Assembly (NCBI RefSeq): GCF_006345805.1
Contig: NC_043010.1
Span: 26,784,001-26,848,000, forward strand
DNA length: 64,000 bases
Source of the DNA: Octopus sinensis
Taxonomy: Eukaryota
Direction of reading: 5' to 3'
Positions 1 to 13,220 of this stretch are shown here, in pieces (the stretch's first letter is position 1; every line of letters begins with the position of its first letter). A program made the position numbers and the translations under genes. The notes under the pieces were generated by a model. It was not told where the DNA came from, did no database searches, and saw only the letters and a list, made by a program, of their open reading frames with translations.

Positions 1-199
1 AGCTGTGACTTTCTTCCTGTCTTGGAGTGAAAATAAAGAGTGGCCTTCTTTAAAGGTAACTTCATTGGAGGACAATGTGCTTATCCTTGTGTTGATGTAA
101 ACAGATATTTAATCCAGTACACTTGCTGTATGGTGTGTGTGTCTGTGTGTGTGCACACGCATGTGTATATATGCATATGCATATTTATATGTGTGTGTG

Positions 200-259
<60 letters not shown>

Positions 260-785
260 GCATACATACATATAGACAAATAGATAAATAGACAGACAGA
301 CTGATAGAGAGATATGGTTGTCTGTAAAAGAGATGAGGAATTAGTAAATATATATTAATATGCAAGTAATGTGTGTATATTTATGCATTTGGGTACATAC
401 ATACATACATACGTATAGATACAAACACACAGACACACACAGGCACATATATACACAAACATACGTACAAATACATTCATGTGTGTATAATTATGCATAC
501 GTGAATATGTGCCTGTCTATATGTATAAGCTTATGTCAAGGTCTATAAAATGACACACAGACACATATAGAGTTCATATCTAATGTTGTTTTGTAAACAT
601 AAATAAATAATTAACTCGCACACACACTCACACATACATACACACGCATACACTCACACACATACATACACACTCGTGTTTGGATGTACAGATATGTATG
701 ATTTTCTATAAGTACATTTCAAGGCCTACATATTGAGGTATGCACACATACACAAACACATACTTCACACCCTCACACATAGACA

Positions 786-852
<67 letters not shown>

Positions 853-853
<1 letters not shown>

Positions 854-1306
854 TAGTCATATGGAATATAACAAATATACATATAATATATGTATACACA
901 CACCACATACACAGACAATGTATATAATATATATATGTATATTATGTATATATATGTGTGTGTGGATGTATGTATATGTACATATATGAATATGTATATA
1001 TATGTATAGTGTATATATATATGGTTGTGTGTGTATTATATATACTTATACACACACATACATACACACACACATACAAACACACACACACACATACAAA
1101 CACACACACCACACACACACACACACACATACATGTAGGTATGTAAAGCATCCATGCCTGTGTCTACTCATGGAACAGCTCTGTAGATAAGTTCTGCAGC
1201 TATCAGATGTCATTAACCCATTACCTCATTTTTTTTACTCTTATTTCAGTTCTCCTGTATTTTTTTTCTTTTTCTTGAGAGGCAGTATCTGTCTGTGAAC
1301 ATATAT

Positions 1307-1383
<77 letters not shown>

Positions 1384-1614
1384 TAGTCATATGGAATATA
1401 ACAAATATACATATAATATATGTATACACACACACACATACACAGACACATGTATATAATATATATATGTATATTATGTATATATATGTGTGTGTGGATG
1501 TATGTATATGTACATATATGAATATGTATATATATGTATAGTGTATATATATATATGGTTGTGTGTGTATTATATATACTTATACACACACATACATACA
1601 TACACACACACATA

Positions 1615-1650
<36 letters not shown>

Positions 1651-1815
1651 TGTAGGTATGTAAAGCATCCATGCCTGTGTCTACTCATGGAACAGCTCTG
1701 TAGATAAGTTCTGCAGCTATCAGATGTCATTAACCCATTACCTCATTTTTTTTTACTCTTATTTCAGTTCTCCTGTATTTTTTTTCTTTTTCTTGAGAGG
1801 CAGTATCTGTCTGTG

Positions 1816-1818
<3 letters not shown>
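853..1818. repeat. ~520-530 bp tandem duplication bounded by (AT)n
   Basis: Segment ttagtcatatgg...gtctgtgaac occurs at 853-1300 and 1383-1818, near-identical outside microsatellite length. Confidence 0.9.
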
Positions 1819-1881
<63 letters not shown>

Positions 1882-2339
1882 TGTATGTGTATACACAGGC
1901 ACATGTTTATATGTGTGTGCATAAATAAGTTTGCACATTTGCTGTATGTGAATATATTTGTATGTTTATATGTATTTATATATATATTTCTGTTATATAT
2001 CTTTATGTTGATGTGTGCCTACCTATATATGTATACCTGTTATGTATGTATGTATTTTATTTTTCTCTAAGTTTTTTCTTTGTTGTTTTTGTTTCGTTTT
2101 TTTTTTCTTATTTCATTCCGTTTTTGTTTATTTGTTTGTTAAACAGATATCTTTGTGTGTGACTTTGAGAGGTTTCTTTGGTGCTGTGTGTTTGTTTTGA
2201 TGTTTAAGCACTTCCTATCATTACACATGCATGCATATACATGCACATGCATACACACACACACACTTGAACATACACGCACACAAAAGCACATGATCAC
2301 ACACACAAAGACACCCACCCATCCAAACACACATGTGGA

Positions 2340-2490
2340 TGTGTGGATAAGTAGTTGCTTCTGAACCATTAGAGTTTAGGTTCAATCCCACCATGAACCT
2401 GCTTGAGCAAGTGTCTTCCACTTCTACCTTAGCCATGACCAGCCAAAGCCTTGTGAGCAGATTTCGTTAACAGAAATTGAAAAAAACTTC
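2340..2490 (+). mobile_element. tRNA-derived SINE family 1, degenerate 5' part
   Basis: Head ...aggttcaatccc (B box) followed by gagcaagtgtctt...caaagccttgtgag core, shared with 17175-17528. Confidence 0.6.
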
Positions 2491-2555
2491 CCTCCTATAT
2501 ATGTATGCATGTGTGTGTGTGTGTGTGTGTGTGTGTAGGTATCATTATTATCCTC

Positions 2556-2900
2556 ATCACCATCATCATCATATATACCATCTTCCATGTTGCCATGGGC
2601 CTGAGTGTTTGGCAGAAGCCGGCAAGTCAAAAGACTACCCCAAGCTCTACTGTCTGCTTTGGTATGGTTTCTATGGCTGGATGTCCTTCCTAATATGCCC
2701 ACCACTTTACAGAGTGTACTAGGTACTTTTTTTTCTTGTGGCACCAACATTAGTGAGGTCACCATATATTTTACAAGCCCCACTTCAACTGAGGAGTGGA
2801 GTAATATTGAGGAAGGAGGCTTTGTGCCAGATGAGAGGTTAAAGTATGAGCAGAGGGACAGAAGTAGGTGTGTTTGCTGTTAAGAAGATTCATGGCTACC
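2556..2900 (-). mobile_element. RTE-type LINE 3' end (variant subfamily)
   Basis: (CAT)n tail plus ccatgttgccatgg terminal motif; reverse complement resembles 49960-50310. Confidence 0.6.
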
Positions 2901-2919
2901 TCAGTAGGAGAGAGACAGT

Positions 2920-3172
2920 GGAGGCATGTTGCTTAGTGCTTAGGGTGTTGGACTCATGATCACAAGATTGTCGTTTCAATTCATGGACCAGGCGATGTGT
3001 TGTGTTCTTGATCAAGACACTTCATTTCACATTGCTCCAGTTCACTCAACTGTTAAAAACGACTAATTTGATGATAGGCCAGCATCCTGTCCAGGTGGGG
3101 AATTAGTATGCCATGGAAACCGGGAAACTGGCCCTTATGAGTTGGTATGACCCCCAAGAAGGCAACTCCATT
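2920..3172 (+). mobile_element. tRNA-derived SINE family 2
   Basis: gcatgttgcttagtg (A-box-like), gtttcaattc (B-box-like), tgtgttgtgttcttgatcaagacac core; related to 32715-33002. Confidence 0.6.
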
Positions 3173-3796
3173 TTAAACTTTACCAGAGAGACGGAGAAGA
3201 GAGAAAAAGAAAGAGAGATGGTGAAGAGGTGGCAGACGGGAGCAGGATACACACGAGTTACAAGGAAGTTTATATAACCAAGGTGGGACGAAGGATTGGA
3301 TAGGGATGAATGGATGGGTAAGTTTGCGAGATTGTGAAAGGAGAAGGGTAGGTGGAGGGGAGGGATTGTTAGGAGAATGTGTTGTGGGGAAGAGATTCAA
3401 CAGAGGAAATGTGTGTGTGTGTATATATGTGTGTGTGTGTGTGTGTGTCTGTATGTGTGTGTATGTATGTATGTATGTATATAGGCACAGGTGTGGCTTT
3501 ATAGGTGCAGGTGTGGCTGTGTTGCTTGACCTTTGGAAGCAAAATGCATCATTCATATAGCGTGATTTGTTTTGAGTTCTCTGTCTGGGCATTTCTAGGC
3601 TGTTTGTTGTTTTATAGAGATTGTTACCTCACTTGGAAATAAACGGGTAAAGTTTGGCAACCAGAAGGGTACCCAGCCTTAGGAAACTCTACCCCCAACA
3701 TGTTCTTGTCCGATCCATGCAAGTATGGAAGCATAGATATAAGAACTATGATGACGATGATGATGATGGTGGTGGTGGTGATGATTGGTAATATAT

Positions 3797-4013
3797 ATCA
3801 TCGTCGTCGTCATCATCGTCGTTTAACGTCCGTTCTCCATGCTAGCATGGGTTGGACGGTTCGACCGGGGTTCTGGGAAGCCAGAAGGCTGCACCAGGCT
3901 CCAGTCTAATTTGGCAATGTTTCTACAGCTGGATGCCCTTCCTAACGCCAACCACTCCGTGAGTGTAGTGGGTGCTTTTTACGTGCCACCTGCACAGGTG
4001 CCAGGCGGGGCTG
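3797..4013 (-). mobile_element. RTE LINE 5'-truncated 3' end
   Basis: catcatcgtcgtttaacgtccgttctccatgctagcatggg matches the reverse complement of the 38500-38660 terminus. Confidence 0.85.
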
Positions 4014-4043
4014 TATGTATATATATATATATATACATACATA

Positions 4044-5279
4044 CAGGGTGTGTAAGATATTTGAGGAGAGATTTATGTTTATAACAAAACAGATATATAT
4101 TAACAGATAATAACATAATTTATCAAAAAATGCTATGAGGATAAAAATAAACCTTCTTTTCCACAATGTTATTCAATAAAGTTATCCTCAACTTCAACAA
4201 CTGCTTCTATATGAGATCTAAATCATCTACATGCTTGAATCAAGTGGTCCTGGTTCATTTCGGACATTACTCTGACTATGGCAGTTTTCAAAGAATCTTT
4301 GGTGTTATGGGTGTGTTCATTGACCTCTCAACAATGATCTACAGGTAATAGTCCAATGGATTGAGATCTGGAGAATTAGGAGGCCAAATGTTAGGGGTTA
4401 TGTGATCATGAAAATTTTTAGCCATCCATTCCTGTGTTACTACAGCCATGTGTGATAGTACGGAGTCTTACTGAAACACATATGGCCTTCCATAGCATAA
4501 ACTATCTATCCAGGGCTTAAGAATTATTTCCAGGGCCTCAATGTAGGCAGCAGAGTTAACTCTAAGGCCTTGTGGAAAGAAGTAAGGAGGCTTCACATGT
4601 CCTTCATTGCTGACAACCCCTAAAACCATGATAGTTGCAGGAAATTTTGTATGCATAAGACTTAGAACTTCAGAAGTGTCTGCCCATAACCATTTGTCAT
4701 TTCGTCTACTTTTTGATCTTGATGGAAGTGTTTCTCATTTGAGAAAAACCAAATCAAATCTTTTTCTGCTGGATTTTTCAGTTTGCTTAAGAACCTTTTA
4801 GATCTGATGTAGTGATTTTCTTTTGCTTTTTCTGACAAATTGACCTTTCCTCATCATGTAAGATTTATATCTGATGTCTTCGTGTACAACATTTCTGACT
4901 GTTCCTTCAGACACATGGTGATCTTTCGCAATTGACCTCATGCACTTTCTGGGATTGTAATCAATGGTCTGTTGAACTTGCTGGATAAATTCAAGTGTTC
5001 TGATGATTTCAGAGCATTTAGAATGCTTTTTATGCATTAATGTTTCCATCTTCAGTCTCTAACTCTTTACAAACTTTGTAGACAAAAGATCTGGCAACTT
5101 TTAAGAATCAAGATATTTCTAAATCACTATGCTCAGCCTTTATAACCACAATAACAGCATGCCTCTTTATTTCTTGAGTAAGCTGAGGGTCTACCACTAT
5201 TATTTTCTGAAATGACAATTAGCAAAAGATGCAGCCATGACCTAAAAATGTTATGTCCTCAAATACCTTTTGCACCCTG
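4044..5279 (-). mobile_element. Tc1/mariner superfamily DD37D (maT/mori-type) transposon, full length, decayed transposase
   Basis: ~24-bp TIRs cagggtgtgtaagatatttgagga / tcctcaaataccttttgcaccctg, TA at 4042-43 and 5280-81. Minus-strand motifs WFFSNEK, YVFQ*DS, WPPNSPDLNPLDYY; 37 residues counted between the 2nd and 3rd D. Confidence 0.9.
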
Positions 5280-5281
5280 TA

Positions 5282-5335
<54 letters not shown>

Positions 5336-5342
<7 letters not shown>

Positions 5343-5651
5343 AACTTATAAACAAGGGCCCAAGAAAATTATTTCTATGCCAATATACTGATAACAGAGT
5401 TTTAAATCGTCAATTTCCACATATTATTATACCTACTACAGAAGTACGTTGTGCTGAAATCGAGGAAATTGATTCAATATAGAAATAACAAACTTTTAAA
5501 AAAATTCTGTTGGCTAGCTTTCCTTGATTTCAGCACAACGTACTTCTGTAGTGGGTATAATAATATGTGGAAACTGATGATTTAAAAGTCTGTTATCAGC
5601 ATATTGGCATAGAAATAATTTTCTTTTGCCCTTGTTTATAAGTTGTTTATA
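5336..5651. repeat. Fold-back: 133-bp inverted arms, 50-bp spacer
   Basis: 5336-5468 is the reverse complement of 5519-5651 with few mismatches. Confidence 0.9.
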
Positions 5652-6157
5652 ATTTTAACCTTTAAAGGTATTTTAATATGCTGCCACTTTTTTGATGGAA
5701 TTTTTTTTTCTCTAAAAAAACTTCATCCTATATTAGAAGTATATATATATATATATACACACATATAGTTCAAAATTGTAAAAGAAACATAAGAGAGAGA
5801 CAGGTGAGGGGTCAGCAAACAAGATTTAATAGATCTCACATGGAATTAAATGGTGGGCATTTTGAACTGGCCATGATGCATACGTGCATATATATATGGG
5901 TATACATTCGCATATGTAAGTATTCGTATGTTGTATTTATATATATGTATTTATGTTTCGGTACTGACAAGACAAAGCATTTCTAAATGCAAACCCAGAA
6001 ATCCGGGATCTAGAATTATCCAGTAATTTTTTACTAGTTTCATCTTGTCTCTTTTTTTTCTCTCCGTGTTGATATATGGACAATTAAGGTGGTTTTAGAG
6101 TCAGATCAGGGCTGCTATTTTCAGCATGGTGGCATCTTGTAGATACCCTAATATATA

Positions 6158-6868
<711 letters not shown>

Positions 6869-6926
6869 TGAGAGACAATCTTATATTTGAATGTATGATG
6901 GAATGAGTGTCATTGCTGAACTACCT

Positions 6927-7207
6927 TTGATCATCACGTGATCACATGACCTACCAGACTATCAGATGCTGTTGCACATCGCTGGCCACAATGCGCTTTG
7001 CATTTTATCCATCAAATGATGCCACCCTGCTGGTTAGGTGAGCAGGTCAACACCAACCCCTTTGATCGAAAGGGGACTGGTGCAACGTGAAATGAAGTGT
7101 TTTGCTCAAGAAAACAATGCACCACCCAGTCTGGGAATGAAACCCACGATCAAGTGAGCACGATTGCAACAGCTGTGATTGCAACACTAGGCCACGTACC
7201 TTCACAC
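6927..7207 (-). mobile_element. tRNA-derived SINE family 2
   Basis: tcacgtgatcacatgacc tail and gttttgctcaag core are reverse complements of the 32715-33002 family. Confidence 0.6.
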
Positions 7208-7807
7208 CTTTGATCATAGGTCTATAAAACCAGGGCTCAACAACAATGGCAATACAACAACAACATCAGCAATAACAACAGCAGTAACAACGACAACAGC
7301 AACAACAACAAAATAAACTGCCATTCTGTCGGTTTCAGTTGATCTGATCAAGGGAGCAACCTACTCAAGAAATTAATGTACAAGTGGCTAAGTACACTAC
7401 GGACATGCATACCCTTAACATATCATAGTTCTCAGAGCGATTCAGCATGATACACCAAATATGACAAAGCTGACCCTTTGAATTACAGATACTACTAATA
7501 TTTTTCAGCTGAGTGGAATGGAGCAACCTGAAGTAAAGTGTTTTGCTGAAGGACACAACACGCTGCCAAGCAGCAGTACTATCACGATATCTGCTGCAAC
7601 AGCTTCAGTAATTGGCAGTTTCAGGGAAGAGAATCTGATTAAGAAGAGGAAAGGAATTTCCAGAGGGATTCAGATTTGGGGGAAGAAAGGCTTGGTTTGA
7701 AATTGTTTAGTGCAGTTATTACTGGAATGTGAGTCATAGTACGTAGGGGTTGATAAGAGGAGAGGGAGAAATGGCTATGTTGAAGGAATCAAGAAGGCAT
7801 ACATGGA

Positions 7808-8046
7808 GTGGTGGTGGTGGTGGTGATAGCAGTGAAGGCAGCAGCAGTAGCAACAGCAGCAGTAGTTGTTTGTGGGGTGGGGGAGGAGGAAAATAATAGT
7901 AGCAATAGCTTGTAGTGGTGATGGTGGTGGTGGTGGTGGTGGTGATAGCAGTGAAGGCAGCAGCAGTAGCAACAGCAGCAGTAGTTGTTTGTGGGGTGGG
8001 GGAGGAGGAAAATAATAGTAGCAATAGCTTGTAGTGGTGATGGTGG
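7808..8046. repeat. 119-bp tandem duplication in GGT/GCA/GTA low-complexity DNA
   Basis: gatagcagtgaagg at 7825 and 7944; units essentially identical. Confidence 0.9.
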
Positions 8047-8054
8047 TGGTGGTG

Positions 8055-8096
<42 letters not shown>

Positions 8097-8639
8097 TGAA
8101 GAAAATAATAGTTATAATTTTTGGTGGTGGTAGTGGTAGTACTAATACTTGTAACAGCAGCAGCTGCAGCATTGTTGGAAGAGACAGAGAAAAAAACACA
8201 AACAGCAAGTTGCAGTAGAGGTACTGTATGTCTCCATCCAGTACATTGGTGCACAGAACAACTTTACTCAACAGTCACATAGTTTTCTTCATGAGCAGAC
8301 TGATAACGAGATCTGGCAGCACCTAAATAGACGTAATCATTTCTGCAGGCTCTGCTTACACCTAACAAACAAATATACACATAACATAATAATAATGGTG
8401 TACAGTCAGTAGACAAGCCATGCAGGGTTTGTTTCTAATAATAATAATAGTCTCATATCTTCCATAGCTGCATGGTGCAGCAGGGTTTGAGCATGTGCAT
8501 TGAGGACTCGTTTTGTTTTGTTTCTGCATCATTCATGCGAGCAGAATTCTTTAGCTATTTTGCTTTTTCTCTCTCACTCTCTCTCATCATCCACACACTT
8601 ATACACACACACTCACATATATATATACTCATATATATA

Positions 8640-8795
8640 GGTGCAGGTGTGGCTGTACGGTCAAGAACTTTACTCCCCGACTTTATGTTCTTTTGGGTTC
8701 AATCCTACCGTGTTACACCTTGGAAAATGTATTCTACTGTAGCTCCAAGATGACCAAAGCCTTGTGGTAGATGGAAACTGAAAGAAGCTTATTAC
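8640..8795 (+). mobile_element. SINE family 1, 5' part
   Basis: gcaggtgtggctgt head, gggttcaatcct B box, caaagccttgtgg...gaaactgaaagaag. Confidence 0.65.
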
Positions 8796-8929
8796 ACACA
8801 CACACACTCACATACATAAACCATAAAGAGTTAGGGAGGCATGTGAGATGAATATATTTATTTATCCACATAACATCCTTATGATTATGGCTGTTTCTGT
8901 AATAACCACACAATTCTCGGAACCCATAT

Positions 8930-9312
8930 CTTATTCTACACCATCATCCAAACACCTACACATGCACACACACACACACGTCAAGGTCACCAACCCCCTT
9001 CCACACGCACATACATGCTCTCACATACACAAGGCCACACACCTTCATTTGGGGATCACCACTACTTTATTATCTCCCCTTCTTCCTGGCTCTCCTGTGT
9101 GACCCCTCTGTCTGGCATTTGGCATGATAGATCGCTAGCCACTAAACCGTTTTCTATTTTCTCTCCCTGTTTATTTCTGTGTTCCTTTCTGTCGAAGAGC
9201 GTAGGCTCTGAACATAAAAGACTTTTTCGCTTCACGAATACATCTGTTTGTTGTTTACACATCCGTCTTCGTCTTTTGTTTTGTTTGTTTTTTTGTAAAT
9301 TCCAACTAATAT
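8930..9312 (+). mobile_element. Penelope-like terminal repeat (family A) with decayed hammerhead motif at 9185-9220
   Basis: 9122-9312 matches the reverse complement of 34447-34612 and partly 54600-54810; motif cttt-CTGTCGA-A-GAGC-GTAG-GCTC-tga-ACAT-A-AAAG. Confidence 0.6.
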
Positions 9313-10013
9313 ATATATGATAATGATGATGATGATGAGGAGGAGGAGGAGGAGGAGGATGGGGAAGAGGTGGAGGAGGATGGAGACGTTGATATAATCC
9401 TTTTGACACTAACCTGTTTGAAATTGCCTCTTGTGCTGAGTACAAATGTCTTGTTTTCAAAAGTTCTGAATTAAAATCTTCCACCAAACCTTAGTCACAA
9501 TTTATGTTCCCATCACTAGCTTATTGATAACTAAGTTATTTTACTAAATTCATTATTATATTTAAAATTAATTGAAAGAAACAGAGAGCATCTCAACAGA
9601 AATATGGTAACAAAAGAGTTTAAAATGTGTTGTATATGTAATGAACAAAAATAAAGAGAAAAACAACAAATATATTAATTTAACACTCAAAGGACATACA
9701 TCACTCACCTCCACCCCACCCCCACCCTTATGGCCATCTCAAAACATGGAAAGGCTCTTTCACATGCACATATAGACATATCCATTATCCTTCCTTAACT
9801 CCCTTTTAGTAGAACCATATTTCCACATGGCTCCTAACCCTTCAACTGCTTATCTTTTCTTTTCCTTCTCAGCCATTTTCCCTCTATAACATTTTTTCTG
9901 TTCTTTTCTCTTGATGAAGGAGTAATGTTCGAAATGTTAAAACTTTGCCTTCTTTCTTTTAAGCAATAAACTATTACAATATTTGCTAATGCTTTCGTTT
10001 GCATGTGTGTTTG

Positions 10014-10076
<63 letters not shown>

Positions 10077-10107
10077 TGCATACATGCACACAATACATAT
10101 ACAGATA

Positions 10108-10147
<40 letters not shown>

Positions 10148-10161
10148 ATATATATAAATTG

Positions 10162-10194
<33 letters not shown>

Positions 10195-10908
10195 TGTATG
10201 TATACACACACACAATATTTGGTAAAGCTTTGAGTGTGTATGTGTGGATTATTATCAACAGAAGCAGTACTTGTCCGAAATAGCATTCTGCAGTATTCAT
10301 TTTGAGAAAACGTCTCAGAGACATGTAGTCTAAAAAGCACAAAACATTAGCAGCAGACGTATAAAGCATCCCACAATGGTAGTGAAATTGCTATATCTGG
10401 ATTTCTGCATATTTGCATGTCATCAGTAACAACAAGTATCCAATAGTAACCATATGCTGAGACAAATTTAGTCTCTACTGATATAGAGAAACTGATTAAC
10501 TAATCACTAGACTCGCAAATAGCTGGCAGGCTTCGTAAAAATTTGTTATGAGGAACGGAAGAAGGATTGGTTCAAAATGCCATTCTAATATGGATAAAAT
10601 GTTGAAAGCCATACAATTGCAGCGTTTGTCTCGAGAAAGCATCATCATCATCATTTTAATTTCTACTCTTCTAAGCTAACATGTTCATTGTGTCAAAGTA
10701 CCTAAGTTGAGATGCCCTTCCCAAACAAAATCATTTTTCCCATAGCCAGACATGTTTTGCTTTTTTTCTCTTCTTTTCACAGAAGATTGGAAATAAACAA
10801 CACTGCCTATATGAAGGTGATGCTTGTAGAAAAACTGTGTTTTTATGTTCAGTTATGATATAAACAATTTTACATTAATCTGATGGGTTACTCAATACTT
10901 TTGCAGAG

Positions 10909-11058
10909 TACAAATGTATTGTTCTTATTCAAGAAAGTTGTTGACAGTGACTTCGAAGTTTTGGTCATTAAGCCATCATCAGCAGTCTGACAATGGCTTA
11001 GTTGGCCAAAACTTTGAAGTCACTGTCAACATTCTTGAATAAGAATAATAAATTTGTA
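10909..11058. ncRNA. Head-to-head inverted pair of minimal type-I hammerhead motifs (family C), decayed
   Basis: Arms 10909-10982 and 10987-11058; CTGA(T/C)(G/A)A-T-GGC..(G/A)CC-aAAAC-TT(C/T)GAA-GTC-ACTGTC in each. Confidence 0.65.
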
Positions 11059-11149
11059 TAAAAGACTTCTCAGCCTTTTGGATAAATCAAAGTGTAATGT
11101 ATATATATATATATATAATGTATGTATGTGATTGATTGATTCTGATTGA

Positions 11150-11534
11150 TTCTAGTTTCAGCTCATGAGCTGTGGCCATGCTGGGGCACCGCCATTTGCT
11201 ATATATATATGTGTATATATATATGTGTATATATATATGTGCATATATATTATATATTCTTTTATTGATTTCAGTCATTTGATTGTGGCGATGATGGAGC
11301 ACTGTCTTATTCTAAGCCTAGCACTTATTCTATTGGTCTCTTTTGCCGAGTCACTAAGTTATGGAGACATAAACACATCAACATCAGTTGTCAAGTGGGG
11401 TGATGGTGGAGGGACAAACACAGACACGCAAACATATACATATATATATACGATGGGATTCTTTCAGTTTCCATCTAACAAATCCACTCACAAGGCTTTG
11501 ATCGGCCCGAGGCTATAGTGGAAGATACTTGCCC

Positions 11535-11535
<1 letters not shown>
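11150..11535 (-). mobile_element. SINE family 1
   Basis: tttcagtcatttgattgtgg...ccactcacaaggctttg, reverse complement of the 17175-17528 body. Confidence 0.75.
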
Positions 11536-11575
<40 letters not shown>

Positions 11576-11990
11576 CATATACACTTGTATACAATAGGCT
11601 TCATTCAGTTTTTATCTTCCAAATCCTCTCTAAAAGCTTTGAAAGGCCTGGGGCTATTGTAGAAGACATTTGTCCAAGTTGCCAACCAGTGGAACTGAAC
11701 CTAAACTCCTGTGCTTGGGAAGCAAGTCTCTTAGCTAACCAGCCAGTCTACCCTATCAGTCTTTCCTCTTTCCCTGACTCTTCTCTTATCTATCTATCTC
11801 TCTCTCTCTCTCCCTCACTCTCTCATTCTCTATTTCTTTCACTTGCGCTAGTCCTATGTAGCATGTACTTTAGTCTCTTAACAAACAAAAGCAGAAATAT
11901 ATTCTTCCATATCACGAGAGGTAAATATATATATATATATATGCATGTGTGTGTGTGTGTGTGTATGTATGTGTATATATATATATATAG

Positions 11991-12040
<50 letters not shown>

Positions 12041-12489
12041 GCATGTATGTGTGTGTGTAATTTTTGAGGGGAGGGGGAGGTAAAGTTTGAAAAAAAAAGC
12101 AAGCAAAATTAACAATAAAAATCAGCAGCAATAGCAGCAGTAACAACAGTATTATCATCATCATCATCATCGCCATCATCATCATTGCTGTCATCATCAT
12201 CGTAGTCAGCAACACCAAAGCATTATCTCCACATGAGAGGTGAGTGATGGGGCGTGGGTAGTGAAGAAGGTGGGATGTTCATGTCTTTTCCTTTTCGTTT
12301 TATTTTCTGTTTAACTTTTTTTCTTTGTTTTTTTTTTTCAAATCTTGGTGACAATAGAAGCAGCTGTATCGGTTACAGAGAAACTGATGCAAAGTAGGTT
12401 AGTAAGTAAATAAAGGAATATTCCTGTAGACAAGCATTTAGTGCCAGTGACATGGAATATTGACATACATATATAAATATATGAATGAA

Positions 12490-12546
<57 letters not shown>

Positions 12547-12554
12547 CTCACAGA

Positions 12555-13120
12555 GAAAAAATGGCTGGTGCTGGTGGCACATGCAAAGTTCATTGCCTCA
12601 CAGAGGTAATGACAAATGGCTGAGACCATTTGGCATTATGCTGTGCTTGAGAAGAAGACCCATCAAGCCAGGAAAAATCAGTCATGGCAGATACCGATGT
12701 CACACAAATGGTACATAAGAAGCACCTTTTGAGCATTGAGCCTCACAGAGGCAAAATGGCTGATGCCAGTGACATGGGAAAAGTCCCTTTCCAGGGTTGG
12801 GCCCCACGGAAGCAATGATGAATGACCAAGACCATTTGGCATTATGTCATACTTGAGAAGAAGATCCATCAAGCCGGGGAAAATCACACTCATGACAGAA
12901 ACTGGTGTCACGCAAATGGCACCTGTGTTGATGGAATGTAAGAGCACCCATTACACTCTTGGAGTGGTTGGTGTTAGGCAGGGCATCCAGCCATAGAAAA
13001 CCATGCCAAATCAAACTGAAGTCTGGTGCAGCCTTCCAGTTTGCTAGCCCTGGTCAAACTATCCAACCCATGCCAGCATGGACAACAAACATTAAATGAT
13101 GATGATGATGTTGATGATAT
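12555..13120 (+). mobile_element. RTE LINE 3' UTR copy (variant) ending in (GAT)n
   Basis: Internal repeat gaccatttggcattatg...gagaagaag (twice), terminal cccatgccagcatgg...aaatgatgatgatg. Confidence 0.7.
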
Positions 13121-13220
13121 ATTTATGTAATGTCATCACCATCATCATCATCATTTGATAATATCTGTTCCCCATGCTGGCATGGGTTGGACGGTTTGAC
13201 CATGGCTAATAAGCTGAGAG

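Noticed and set aside
40-2364. Many YI/HT/CV-rich ORFs (also throughout the window)
   Set aside because: Translations of (AT)n and (CA)n microsatellites
9394-9622. Possible piggyBac-type MITE (ATAA...TTAA flanks)
   Set aside because: Terminal inverted match is too weak in this copy to support
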